From Eledone cirrhosa (lineage: Eukaryota): a DNA stretch of 64,000 nucleotides. Positions 1 through 12,848 of the stretch are shown here, in pieces. The notes under the pieces were generated by a model. The model was not told the origin of the DNA, searched no databases, and saw nothing but the letters and a program-made list of their open reading frames with translations. Positions within the stretch are counted from its first letter, which is position 1, and every line of letters begins with the position of its first letter. The stretch lies in the NCBI GenBank assembly GCA_964016885.1, contig OZ024744.1, positions 90,148,001 through 90,212,000 of the forward strand, read 5' to 3'. Position numbers and translations under genes: made by a program.

Positions 1-134
1 GCACATGTATATCATGACTCACACACTGTTCATTTTCCTGACATTTGTACATTATTCTAAATACTATACATTCACCTTTAATGAGTTGTAGTGTACCTAA
101 GCACTGTACACAACAATTTCATTATTATTATTTT

Positions 135-720
135 TAAAGTATCTGGCATGGCTGGTCACATGTATAGTAAATTGGGTAAGATAATACAGGATGGTATCAT
201 ATCCAATGACTGGCATATAAACAACATTGTCAACTACTCCATGGACAAAAATATATTAGAGTGAGTAGACTACAGAGGCATCAAATTGATGGACAACCAA
301 GTTATGAAAGAGTTAATACAACTGATTAGGAACAGAATTAGTCTAAATAGGATGTAGTTTGGTTTTGTACCAGGAAGAGACACCTGATGACCTTTTCCTG
401 TTGAGGCAAGAGAAAGCTTCTGTATCTAACACTCATCAATCTGAAGATGACTTTTGTTAGAATACAACACAGCATAATCTAGTGGTTGTTAAGGAAATAA
501 TGGGTATTTGAATGGCTTCTGAGTTCTGTACAAGCCATGTACAGTTCAATTGTGTAGTCAACAAGGTGAAAGTTATCAATGAGTGCATTAACAAATTTAT
601 CGTGCAGACAAAAGTTTGCCAAGTACCAGATCTCAATACTATTCTGTTTATCATTGTCCTCCAGGGCATAAAAGAGGAGCTTAATATAGGCTGTCCATGG
701 AAAGTCTTCTATGCACTGAA
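135..720 (+). mobile_element. Heavily decayed RTE-clade LINE RT fragment
   Basis: Broken frames give [14 protein letters not shown] and LFIIVLQGIKEELNIGCPWK, homologous to the younger copies at 34-36 kb and 47-48 kb. Confidence 0.8.
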
Positions 721-1097
721 GGAGGATGAGGAGGGGTGGGAGAGAAGAAGAAGAAGAAGGAAGAGGAGGAATTTTATGAGGTACCATAACAGTCCATCCA
801 ACCCATACCAACATGGGAAGTGGATGTAATATGATGTATATGTATATATATGTGTACATATACATACACTCACACACATATGTATATATCAATTATCCTG
901 AGTTGGTTTTCTCGTTGCTTTCGCCTTTGCAGCTGGCTCACCGGTCGCAGTCTTCAATTTGTCAAGCTGTCTAATAAGGTGAAACTACCTTATTGAGTGC
1001 ATTTAATGCTTAGCTGCACATTCCAGATTGCATTCGTTAGCTTGGTCGCAGCCAGAGCTTTTCGATTCTACTGAACTTCCATTTGTATATATATATA

Positions 1098-1497
1098 TCA
1101 TCATCATCATCATCACCATTTTTACGTCTGTTCTTCCACGTTAGCATGGGTTTGACGGGTTGTCCTGTTGTGGGCAGTGTCCGGTCAGCTGACCTTCTCT
1201 TGCTCATATGGGAACTGATTCTGGCTTGATTTCTACAGCTGGATGCCCTTCCCAACACCAACCTCATTTACAGTGAGTGCTGGGTGCTTTTTTGCCATGG
1301 CACCTCCACGACCACTTTGCAGTGGAATGATATGGACCCCAGTCCCTATCATCTCATTTCTACAGCTGAGTAAACTGGAGCAATGTGAAATAAAGTGTCT
1401 TGCTCAAGGAAACAACACATCACCCGGTCTGAGATTGAACTCACAACCTTTCGATTTTGAACTCACAACCTTTCGATTTGAATTCACAACCTTTCGA
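1098..1497 (-). mobile_element. SINE (head partly lost) with RTE-derived 3' tail ending in (GAT)n
   Basis: Homologous to 1845-2181. Contains about three tandem copies of TTGAACTCACAACCTTTCGA near its 5' end. Confidence 0.75.
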
Positions 1498-1523
1498 TAT
1501 ACATATATATATCATGATGATGA

Positions 1524-1558
<35 letters not shown>

Positions 1559-1844
1559 CAGTTCTGTATAAGCAAAATATGGTCACCTGACCTGGCATTG
1601 CCCACAACAGGAGACCTCGTCTAAGCCATGCTAGCATGGAAGAATGGACATAAAACAGTGATGATGATGATGATGATGATAACAGCATAGTCGGGATTTT
1701 ACATGTCTCTCTCTATCTCTCTGTATATATATATGGAATGTAGAAAAGTGACACACAAGTTGATATATATATAAACAAATAGTGAAAAGGAAAAAAATGC
1801 AGTAGAAAATGCTGGAGGGAATTTTTTCAGTATAATATCATGAT

Positions 1845-2181
1845 CATCATCATCATCATTTTATGTCCGCATTTCCCTCCTTGCAAGGGTGGGACGGGAA
1901 CTGATTCTGGCATGATTTCTACAGCTGGATGCACTTCCCAACACCAATCTCATTTACAGTGGGTGCTGGGTGCTTTTTTGCCGTGGCGCCTACACGTCCA
2001 CTTTACAGTGGAATGATAGGGACCCCAGTCCCTATCATCTCATTTATACAGCTGAATAAACTGGAGCAATGTGAAATAAAGTGACTTGCTCAAGGAAACA
2101 ACACATCACCCGATCTGAGAATTGAACTCACAACGTTTCGATTGCAAGGCCAATGCTCTAACCACTAAGCCATGCGCCTCC
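1845..2181 (-). mobile_element. Full-length tRNA-derived SINE with CORE-like body and RTE-type 3' tail
   Basis: The minus strand starts GGAGGCGCATGGCTTAGTGGTTAGAGC (A box) ... GAGTTCAATTCTC (B box). A CORE-like TTGAGCAAGTCACTT...CAGCTGTATAAATG follows, then the GGAAG-n-GCATCCAGCTGTAG block shared with the LINE 3' UTRs, and a (GAT)n tail. Confidence 0.8.
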
Positions 2182-2446
2182 TATAGCCATGCGCCTCCTA
2201 ATATCAAAACATTTATTTATAAAGTGGGTATTTCGACATTTAATCGTGGTACCAGTTTCAACGGCGGAGGTGCAAAATGCAATTAAGTTGCATATTTATA
2301 TGAATAATAATAAAATGGAGAAGAAAAATTATTAGTTTTTACATACATATTTAGAGAGGAAAGTTCCTGTTTCTGTCCAAGGCCATCCTCCGTTCTCTGC
2401 TAGTTGACCAGCAGAGGTGGAAGTAGTTTTAAATGTTTGGTTCTGA

Positions 2447-2520
<74 letters not shown>

Positions 2521-2562
2521 ATGATATTAATAAATGGAAACTATATTTATAAAACCATATTT

Positions 2563-2621
2563 ATTCTATTATATATATTTCAAGGGTGCCAAAACTTTGG
2601 TACACTCTCATCAGATAAAAT
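2563..2621 (-). ncRNA. Minimal type I hammerhead ribozyme motif
   Basis: The minus strand reads ATTTTAT-CTGATGA-[GAGTGTACCAA AGTT TTGGCACCCTT]-GAAA-TATAT-ATA-ATAGAAT. Stem I is 7 bp, the core is intact, stem II is imperfect and the cleavage triplet is AUA. Confidence 0.7.
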
Positions 2622-2755
2622 ACAAAGTTTGTTTTATAAATAGTGACATATCCAGGAACGAGATCTTAGTGGTTCAAGTTTTTCCTGGATAGTGCTTCGA
2701 ATCAGTTATAAATATATATATTTGTTGAATTACCAACAAATTAAATATCCCTTTG

Positions 2756-2801
<46 letters not shown>

Positions 2802-2954
2802 TATGCATGTATACGTACATACATATATGTATACAGACGTACAGTAAGTAAGTGCCATACTAAGAGTGAGAAAAGAAATTTCGTTTTCATTTTGTTTCAA
2901 TTTATATATATATATATATTGAATTATTGAAGCATTGAGTGGATTGGAGTTATT

Positions 2955-3240
2955 AGAAAATGTAGAAAATAACTGTAAACACAGTTGATTGCTGTATATA
3001 ACAGCTTAGAAAATCAGGTAAAAATACTTCTATAGATGAAAAAAAAGAGTCCAGAAGCTGCTACAAAGAATCAAACTTCATACCTTTCAAATTCTAACTG
3101 AGAGATATGGAGTTTGATTCTTCATACCAGCTGCTGGCCACCTTTTTCTGTTTATAGGAGTGTTTTACATGACTTTTTAAGCTATTATGTAAGCAATCAA
3201 CTATGGTTACAGTCATTTTCTGTGTTTGACTACATTTTCT
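2955..3240. repeat. Degenerate inverted repeat with ~130-bp arms
   Basis: AGAAAAT...ACAGTTGATTGC...AAGAATCAAACTTCATA is mirrored by TATGGAGTTTGATTCTT...GCAATCAACTATG...ATTTTCT. Confidence 0.75.
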
Positions 3241-3700
3241 AAGGAAAAATATATATATGTATGTATTGTCCAGTAACTCCTGATAGAGTGGTAGGGGCGC
3301 TTTATTGACATATGGCGTTTCTTGGGCTTTTTAAGGCCTCTCCAGGCCTGAGTACTGCAGATTTATTCTAGCAAAAGATGGAAAGTGAGAGTGAGGAAAT
3401 AAGAAAGAGATATAGAGGAAGAATCGACTCGAGTACTAGACTGGTACTTTTTTTATCGACCTGAGAAAGGAGAGAACTCTTATACTATGAGTTGATCCAA
3501 TTTTGTTTTAACATTTTAAGACAATACAGTGGGCGTATAGCTTGTCTTTATGCTAAGTTAGTGAAAGCAACAGACATTGTTTCAATCTTATTAAATCTTT
3601 GCAGTTGACATCGTGTTGTGTTACTCAAATGAAGCAGACAGTTTTTTAAGCATGTTACTTTATTTTTCCATTTCAATTACCCTTTTTTTAAATAAATATT

Positions 3701-3929
3701 TTAACCCTTTAGCATTTACATTACTCTATATTTACTATTGTATTTTCACAGTAAAGGCTTTGCCTCACATAATTATCTCCCATAATATCGAATCTATGAG
3801 ATTTTGATATTATTTATTTTTAGAACAATACCTTAACATCACTATGAGCAGACAGTTACGACCAGTTTGAACAGAAAAAAAGAGAGAATTCTTGGCCAGA
3901 AGTTGCCAGTTTAACTGCTAAATGGTTAA
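3701..3929. mobile_element. TTAA-flanked MITE (piggyBac-like ends)
   Basis: TTAA-CCCTTTAGCATTTA ... TAACTGCTAAATGG-TTAA. Related pieces lie at ~12496-12660, ~22060-22128 and ~63125-63280. Confidence 0.7.
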
Positions 3930-4782
3930 GGCACACTCAAAGGGACATAATTAATGAAATATTCAATTGAAACATCATGTTACATCCCCTTTATCAAATG
4001 AGAATTAGAATTATGAATTAATATACTTGGTATCTATAATCCTTACAAAGTCTTTAAGCTTTGCTGAGGTCTTTCTTCTTCTCACAGGACAGCCCGAAAG
4101 TGCTGGAGATTGGTCAGTCTGCAACTGCAGCAGTGTGAGTGAATCATGCTAAGCTGTAACAGCTGGAGCCCTGATATTTACCAGGGTGAGGCCAGCACTC
4201 CCTGTAGGCTGACACTGATGGATCATTGTCTCTGATCTGTTGAGCTGGTAAGCTGAAGGTGGCCTATTTCTGTGGACTATATAACTCCTACATGTGTCAT
4301 CTGTTGTGTCTGGGCAGTCTTTCACCATTCTGCCAATGTAACTACATGGTTCTGTGTATTTGTCTATGAATGTTACTGGTTGGTATATGTTATTTTCTTG
4401 AAGGGCAGAAACTCTGCTGCTTATAACTAATTCATGAAAGCTTTTTGCATTTCTGCTGTAGAACTGTTGTTATTTCTTACTTTTGACATTCAGCCTTTCT
4501 TGGATTTTATTGTCCTTTGGGGTGTCAGTGTTGAACATAATTGGAATTCTTGTTCTTATTTTTTCTAATGAATATGATCTCTGTTGGTAAGTGACTGTCT
4601 AGTGAGGTTGCTCTTAGACATAGAATACCCATTTAACAGTCCATATTTGATTGTTTTGCTTTTTTCATAGTGTTATCGACTGTTTGAACAATTCAGTTGT
4701 GGGTATCTTGAGCTGGATGTGATATGGGTGAATTTTCAGTCTATGGCAAAATAATGGAATTCACATGACACAAAATATGTGA

Positions 4783-4975
4783 CGCGGTGGATTGGCAGTA
4801 GCGGTAGAGGGTTGGACGCCATGCTTTGCAACATAGAGTTACACCCCTTTACGGTCTCAGGTCAAATCCTGCCGAGGTTAACTTTGCCTTTCATCCTTAC
4901 AGGGGTGATAAAATAAAGCACCAGTAATACACTGTGATAATTGCTGGCCTTGTACCAAAAGTAGAAACTATTATA
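4783..4975 (+). mobile_element. tRNA-derived SINE (family with CTTTCATCCT-n-GGGGTCGATAAAATAAAGTACCAG core)
   Basis: Homologous to the tandem copies at 12.8-17.3 kb. Has A/B-box-like head and (ATT)n tail. Confidence 0.75.
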
Positions 4976-6561
4976 TGTATACAGGCATTTTAGAATGTCA
5001 TGAACAGCTTAAGCTAGTGACACTTCTCATAGTCTTGACAAAGGGCATTTTGCTGTATTGATCATCAACTAGTAAAAATTGTAGACCGTTGAAATCAAAA
5101 ATGTCAGCTGCAACATTTTTGGAATGGCCTGGTCGGATATTATTTAGTTAACATTGTCTCTTTGCTGCTCATTGCATATTTCACATGACCTTACTATCTT
5201 TTCAATGTATATTTTTATACCTCTCCAATAAACACTATTCCTTGATTTGAGTTGACATTTTTCAATTCCTGATGTACATCATGAATCCTTTGAAGAACAT
5301 AGTTTTGCATATTTTTGGTATGACTATGCATTCACCTTTATAAGTTAGGGTACATTTTTCACAGTCTCTGGTCATCTACTTATCATTTGTTTTAATATTT
5401 TCAATTCTCCATCTTCTTCTATAGCTCCTTGTAGCTCTATTTGCTTCTCTACGGATATATCGATAGTATATATTGTAAGATCTAATTCAATTTCTTATCA
5501 TTGTGTTAGCTGTATTCTTGATAAATAATCTGGAACTCTCATCTTTTTACCTGGTTTGTATATGATCTGAACATCATAGAGTTGTAGTCTTGGCAACACT
5601 TTTTACAATGTTTTTGTATGATGTATTTTTCAATGGTTTGTGGTCTGATTCAATTTGGAACTCTTTCCAAATTGTAAGTATGAAAGTTTTCACAACCAAA
5701 CACCACTGCAAGTAGCTCTCTTCCTATGTTTGCATATCTTGACTTAGTATCAGTCTTTTGTTAGCAAATGTAACAATTTTGCCAGCATTGATTAGTGTTG
5801 CACCAAATCCTAATATGCTTAAATCTACTTGGTTCACTGTCTTTGAATTAGGTTTAAATAAGCTAGGCAGATGTTTTCATGAACACAGTCTTTCAATTTT
5901 TGAAAAGCTTTATCATTTAGTGTCTTATATACAACATATGAAATGGCTGAAGAAGAAAATATATGCTTTTGCTCATTCGTCCCATATATTTGATTTTTAA
6001 TCTTTTTTTTAAAATGTGTAACTTTGCTATATATATATATATGGGAAAAGCAAATCCTTATCGAGTCCTCTTTAGATTTTAGTCTTCACATTTATTATTA
6101 TTACTATATATATAATATTAGGTTATATATATAATATTAGGTTGTTCAGTATAATCAATAAATACCTTAATATGAAACCTCACTTTGTTTTCAATATATA
6201 TATATATATACTGTAATGTTTAGTTACTATTGGTACACCAGTTTAACCACTCAATGCGTGAGTTTCCTATTTTCATTTTGACACACATTTCTTATACTGC
6301 TTCTTTTCTCTGCTCTTCTCTAAATAGCAAATCCTCTTACACCTCCCCACTTATTTTTCAAAATATAAATAATGGTTTTATTGTCAACTAATAAGGTCAT
6401 TTTCTTTAATTTTTATACAATCACAGCTTGTTGAGATATTCAAACATCTCCACTGTATATCTTGTATATATTTTTGCTTCATCCCACCCCACCATAATCA
6501 TCCAAATATTTCTTACGTTTCAGCTTCGTATATTTATGGATGTAAATCGTTACTCCTTAAA

Positions 6562-6907
6562 TCAGGGATGGAGAAACTTTCCCCTTTGGAGAGCCATTTA
6601 CATCTAATATGCGTATGTGTGTAAATGATTGAGACTACAAGAGTTGCATAATATATCATAAACAAAAATACACACAAAAACCCCCATGAATTTAGCCGAA
6701 TTATTTTCTTACTCAATGCGATTTTTAAACTCTGAATCTTATCCGGAATTGCTTTAACGTCAGGACCATACGTCGTAGGTTTTTTAATTTTAATGCAAGA
6801 TTTCAGGTTTAATGAAATAAAAATATAAATTTCAGAGCACTTAAGAGCCCTTTGGGATAGGCTAAAGAGTCACATGTGGCTCCAGAGCCGAATGTTAGCG
6901 ACATCTT
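6562..6907. mobile_element. Decayed hAT-like MITE
   Basis: The left end CAGGGATGGAGAAACTT...GAGAGCCA and right end AAAGAGTCACATGTGGCTCCAGAGCCG...GTTAGCGACATC resemble Charlie/hAT termini. Confidence 0.5.
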
Positions 6908-8051
6908 CCCTCACTGGACCTAATTCTTCTGTAAGTAAATAGGACCAATAAATAAAACGAGTACCGGACTAATAGGATTCATATAATTTAACTTCAAACC
7001 TTGATGTAAAATAATTTGAAGACTACTTGGAAGAAATGGAAGCTAAAACTTCCACAAATCATTCACTATCGTATTTGGAGGCTCTATAAACCTTGATGTA
7101 AAATAATTTTTAATCTACTTCTTTCCACAAAGCAGCAAGAAATTCTACTTGATAGAAATAGTAACCCGCCACCATCTTTCGGAGGCATTTCGATAGAGGT
7201 CTTAAATTGTTTATAAAAAAATAAAAAATTTACAGGCTGTCTGTCACGGCTGGAACGACTTTAATCAAAGGTCTCAGCTAGTATCGTACACAATACTCTA
7301 TCATTCCTGAACATGTTTTGTCGATGTGTTATAATTAATATTTTAAATATTCAGGAATATGGAAAGGTTTAATAAAATGACTAAATTCTCCTAGTTTAAA
7401 TTTAAATTAAATGTTTTAAAATGTCAATTTTTTTTGTAATAAAAAAAAGACAAAAAAAAACTAGAAACAATTTAAAATGGGTTGTTATCGAAAAGGTTAA
7501 TGCTTCAACATAAAACTACGTTTTTGTATAGGATACAGCTGTGACAGACTCCAGCACAAGAAAAGCCACGTTCAACAGTGAAAAAAAAGGAAGCAACAGC
7601 ACTCATTCTATTGACTGACAATCATCAAGCTAAGCTCTACAACTATCACTAAAAAAGACACGTCAAATGTACCGCCCACTACCTAAATATCGCCTACTAC
7701 TACTACTATTACTATTTCATTGCTTACTCGGCATTGACAGCGTGTTGTACCGTTCTCTAGGACTAGAACATCAGTTTTAGTCTTCTTGCCACTAAGTAAC
7801 ATCTACTCTTACTTTCACCTCCACCGGCTACCACCTCTATATCATACCGGATGAATAAAATTTACGTCTTTGCCCCGAAACACTAACTTACATACGCATA
7901 CACACATATATGTGTGTATATATGTATGTATATATATATATTTCAGGTTAAACTAAGGCTGTATATATACGCAGGATAAATAAATATATATATACTTACC
8001 AGATATATATATATATTATATAAACGCATTTATATATATATATATATTTAT

Positions 8052-8083
<32 letters not shown>

Positions 8084-8297
8084 GTAATCTATTTATATAC
8101 ACAAGTTATATAAATACACACATATTTGGTCCCTGCAACCTGTTTATATAGGTACAAGCTGTATATATAAATACACAGCTATATATTATATATACATACA
8201 TACACACATATATATATATATACATCTCTTCGAAACATATTTACAAAGCCTCATACATAATATAGATGTATATCTTCATATAAACACCTGACACGCC

Positions 8298-8661
8298 ATG
8301 CCACTCACTGACGACGCTTGTCATACGGTTTCAAATCCAGTCGTACACAGGCATACCACCACCAGAAGCAGAATATCAGCCACTACATCATCAATCCCAT
8401 TACTCCTACTACTAGAACCACAACAACAGATGCTCACGCCAACGACCCGCCCCGTGAGGAATATACCACAAACTGACAATCTTCGAACACATTTAGCCAG
8501 CGGACAGTTTACGCGGAACCATTGGAGGATTTTGCCTCTGCCGGTCTCAAATTTTAGTCTAATGTTGTTTTTACTGTTGTTGGCAATCTCACCTATCTGC
8601 CACGTCGACGCTTTGGACAAGGTTTCAAATTCGCGTCTTTGCGCCGACCAGAAATGCAAAG
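8298..8661 (+). CDS. MIA3: Coding exon 1 of a TANGO1/MIA3-like protein (signal peptide and start of MIA-type SH3 domain)
   Basis: The ORF ends MLFLLLLAISPICHVDA-LDKVSNSRLCADQKCK, a hydrophobic signal followed by the RLCAD-x2-C motif of MIA/TANGO1 SH3 domains. Donor G|gtgagt at 8661/8662, phase 1. The true start could be ATG 8298, 8430 or 8562. MIA3 versus another MIA-family member cannot be fully settled from two exons. Confidence 0.8.
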
Positions 8662-8744
8662 GTGAGTGTTTCGACTAATGTTTTACAGTTTTAAAAAGAA
8701 ATTTATTTCTATAAATGTTGTCTATTTCTAATTTGAATATATGA

Positions 8745-8778
<34 letters not shown>

Positions 8779-9353
8779 GTGTGTGTGTGTGTGTTGGACG
8801 CAAGCATGACTGAGTGTAATCAGAAGTTCACTTCGCATTGGGGTCCCGATTTCGATCCCACATCGTAGAATTTTAAGCAGTTGTCTTTTACACCAGCTTC
8901 CCGTCACCCAAACATTTTGAGTGAAATTAGGTTGGTGTTTAGCACCAGGCTAACCATAACCGAGTCGACATATGATCAAAGATGTTCCAACCATGACTAT
9001 TCCTTTTTTTAAAAGACATAGTGTACCTAGAACCACATTATCTAATACGTTCTACGTTAAGACGGGAATATGATTCGATGGAAATTTAGCTGTTAATTCT
9101 AGTGTGTCAAACGAATACGTATAAGCCCCCCTTGTTGGTAAAAGTGCAGTTGTGTAGTCGGTGACAAGAAGCCCGTCGGATAGGTTGAACCTGAAATTCA
9201 AGGAGCCAGCTTTGTCACACAGTGTTATGCTGACTCTGCCAGATGATTATGTTAAGAGTGCAAGTATCTGGAATACTCAACCACACTCACCTCAATTCAA
9301 TGAGTTGCTTGAACAACTTGAATACTTATTGAAACCGATGGCGGATCCATTTA

Positions 9354-9356
<3 letters not shown>

Positions 9357-9408
<52 letters not shown>

Positions 9409-9722
9409 TAACCGTTATATATATATATATCATAACCGTTATATATATATATATCATAACCGTTATATATATATATATCATAACCGTTATATATATATAT
9501 ATCATAACCGTTATATATATATATATCATAACCGTTATATATATATATATCATAACCGTTATATATATATATATCATAACCGTTATATATATATATATCA
9601 TAACCGTTATATATATATATATCATAACCGTTATATATATATATATCATAACCGTTATATATATATATCATAACCGTTATATATATATATCATAACCGTT
9701 ATATATATATATATCATAACCG

Positions 9723-9756
<34 letters not shown>

Positions 9757-9816
9757 TAACCGTTATATATATATACACATACACATATCATAACCGTTAT
9801 ATATATATATATATAT
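9357..9816. repeat. Minisatellite: 16 copies of CATAACCGTT separated by (AT)n, mostly 24-bp period
   Basis: Counted directly from the sequence. Confidence 0.95.
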
Positions 9817-10019
9817 TGATCAGAATGTTGCTCTTTTCTTAATTGATCTCCATTCCATACGTTCATGAAACTCTTTCCAGTCTGGAGTGTTGAGTTCGCA
9901 GAGTCTTGCTTCACTGAACCACCCCCACCCCACGCACACACATTAGGTCGATATCGTCAGAAAAACACTAGTTGCGAAGAGACCGTCCTATTATGGACAG
10001 GACACGGAGGTGTGGCAGT

Positions 10020-10380
10020 CACGCTGTGCCTTCTGCATGATGTTTTCTAGGAAGATGTTGACAAGCACTATGAAGAGAAGAGAAGACAGCCTTGACGAAT
10101 TTCCACTGTTGTTCTGATGACGTCTCTCACATTATCGAAGAGGCTTGTATTGTTTGAATGTTCATACTGTACTTAAATCATTTGGATGAAGTTGCTGTCG
10201 AAGTCGAAATCCTTCTTGCCAGACATGGTCAAAGGCTTTCTTGAAGTCGGTGAAGTTGTGGTAGAGGTCATATTGGTGTTAAAGAGGTTTCTTGATCAGC
10301 AGTCTGATGTTACATGTTTGTTTTGATGTACTCCTGTCTAGTCAATAGCCACAACCAAAATACAGCAATCAACATCATGC

Positions 10381-10424
<44 letters not shown>

Positions 10425-11900
10425 AATTTGAAGAGGGGAACAAGTTTAAATACCATATATTAACTTAAAGCAAGAATGATAGCTCAATAAACGTGATTAA
10501 AGCAAAGATCAGCCTAGTCTTAGCCTGGTCTCAGCCACAAGACAAAGCTGAATATTATATGGAAAAACAGTTCCATTGGATTTTCCACGAAGACAAAACT
10601 GTACAAGTCCCTGGTGACTTCGATCCTTCTGTATGAGTGTGAAAGATGGACATGAATAAAGAATCCCAGTGTTTCAGAAGGTTGCATGCACCAAGTAAAC
10701 AGACCATAGGACAAACAGCTTTTTATCTGACAGCAAGTCACCAATTATGCTGGCAGGCAGGAAACATTCCTTGCTATTATGAAAAGACAAAATCTCACTT
10801 AGTATGGACATGTCTACTGCCATGACTCCCTTTCCAAAATCAATCAAAGGAAGGTGAAGAAGAGGAAAAGAATCCTGGGCTGATAAAATGAAAGACTGGA
10901 CAGATCTCGACATTGGGGCCCTTCTGCATATGACCCAAGAAAGAAATCAATGGCAGTTGCTGACTGCCAGAGCATCTAAAAGCGGAACCACAACTGGCTG
11001 TGCAAATCATGGAAAGATGATTATTTATCTATCTACATATATACAAATAATTTATCATTTAACATTCATTTTGTCTGCTGATAACGGTTGGACAAGTTGT
11101 CACAGACTAAGTCAGTATTTAATTAGAACCACTGGTCTCTCAGATAGACTGCATCTCACTTATAAACATTCCCTCACTCTACAGAATGTACTGTGTATTT
11201 TATTATGGTACTGGTGCTAGGGATGTTGTCATGTCATTGATACAACTGAAGAATCTTTCATAACCATTGACAAGTTTTCTGTGGTTGGATGCCTTTGCTA
11301 TCACCAATCACTTTACTTTGTGAACTGGCACCACCACAAAGTAGACTGTCGGTCATTAACTCCACTGAAGAGTATTCTTGACTTACTCCCTTCCAGTCTT
11401 CCCAGGTAATCTGCATCACACAGCCTACACTGCGATCCATTGTTTCCAGAGGTACTAGCTCTACAAACCTCTTCTAGCCTGTTCTTATTCTGGCTACCAT
11501 ATTCAAGGCATCCCTCCCCTTTGCTGATTATGTCATCCAGGAAACAAAATCCATCAATAACTTCTAGCGAGGTTCCCAGGCAATTTAGGTAGTCTGTTTC
11601 GTGCACCCATTTCACACAAAGTCTATCATCTCTATCAACCTTCCTGTAATCCCTCTACATTTCCCATGCATCCATAAATTACACAGTAATAATTTTATGT
11701 AACTTGTCTCCATCCCTCTGTCCTTCTTCCCATTTAACAAGACCTTAGATTTTGCCAAGCTTACTTTCAGGCCCTTCAATTCCAAATTCCTTCATGTCTG
11801 AAATTTTGCCTCCATCTCCTCTCGGATTTAGCTATACGGATCATCAGCATACAGGAGCTCCCAAACTTCTCTGTCATGATCTGAAGAGCAATAAGAAGTG
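10020..11900. mobile_element. Cluster of old RTE LINE fragments in both orientations, with an (AG)n tract at 10382-10420
   Basis: Minus-strand LYHNFTDFKKAFDHVW near 10220-10267. Plus-strand 3' part (KLYKSLVTSILLYECERW; MKDWTDL) at 10500-11010. Minus-strand decayed copy at 11230-11900. Confidence 0.7.
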
Positions 11901-12848
11901 GACTGAGGACTACAAATTCATCACCTGCCCACTGGCAGTTCTCAACCTGCTGGTTGCACCTCCACATACCAATTGCTGCATATATCATTAACAGTCTTTA
12001 CCAAAAATGAGCTGTGATGTTGTTTATGTCATCTGTAACCTAAACACCCTGTAGCATAACAGTCAGATGACGGTTAAGCGATATATACTATACTTAAAAA
12101 AGTAAAATAAAGGTATCCAGTTGTAGAAAACCTGACAAGGCTCTTCCTTACTCTCTTGGAATTAGCAATGGCTAATTTTGCCTCTGTGAGAAGCTGCACA
12201 ATATGCAGCAGCCAATAATATCCATTAACTCTTAACATCCTGCAATTATTTAGCAGAAAATATCTAAAATCGGGATCATTAATTTAAGTAGTTATAGATC
12301 TTTACTAGTTGACAGATTGTTGTGAAAATTTGCAGTAAACTAAAGTAAATATTTAAATTTTTAAAGTGATGTAGTCATGTTGCTGTTTTGTACTTTTCAA
12401 GAATATTTTGATAAGGTGGTTTCATGTAGTTCAGGATGTTAAAAGTTAAGAGGAAGACTCGCATAACATTTTGCTACCATCAGAGTATTGCCTTGTTAAC
12501 CCTTTAACATTTAAATCAGTTGTATCTGGCCAGAATTCTCTCACCTCTTTCTGTTCAAACTGGCTGTAACTGACCACTTGTACTGTTGTTAAGGTATTTT
12601 TCTCAAAATAGATATCAAATGTCAATATAAATCCCATAACAACATCAGATACCCTGACTACTTTTGCAAAACAATTCTTTGCTTCTTGATGCTGTTAGAT
12701 TGTCATTACATCTACTGACCAAGCTGTCTAGTTTCCCACATAGTTAAAAACCATGAAGATCTGCTGTTACTGACTATCTATCATCACCATATGAGCTGAA
12801 TCAATCAATGCAGGTTCTTTATAACCTACTTCACAAGTTATTATTAGC

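Noticed and set aside
4000-6000. Possible highly decayed minus-strand retroelement
   Set aside because: Composition is suggestive, but I could not read out a diagnostic motif.
7500-8000. Promoter or divergent first exon upstream of TANGO1
   Set aside because: The region is slightly CpG-richer, with donor-like ACTTAC sites on the minus strand, but nothing definable without transcript data.
8321-8659. 112-aa antisense ORF over exon 1
   Set aside because: It is a shadow of the GC-richer coding exon, with no recognisable motif.
9357-9816. CRISPR-like periodic array
   Set aside because: Spacers are only (AT)n, the repeat is 10 bp, there are no cas genes and the context is eukaryotic.
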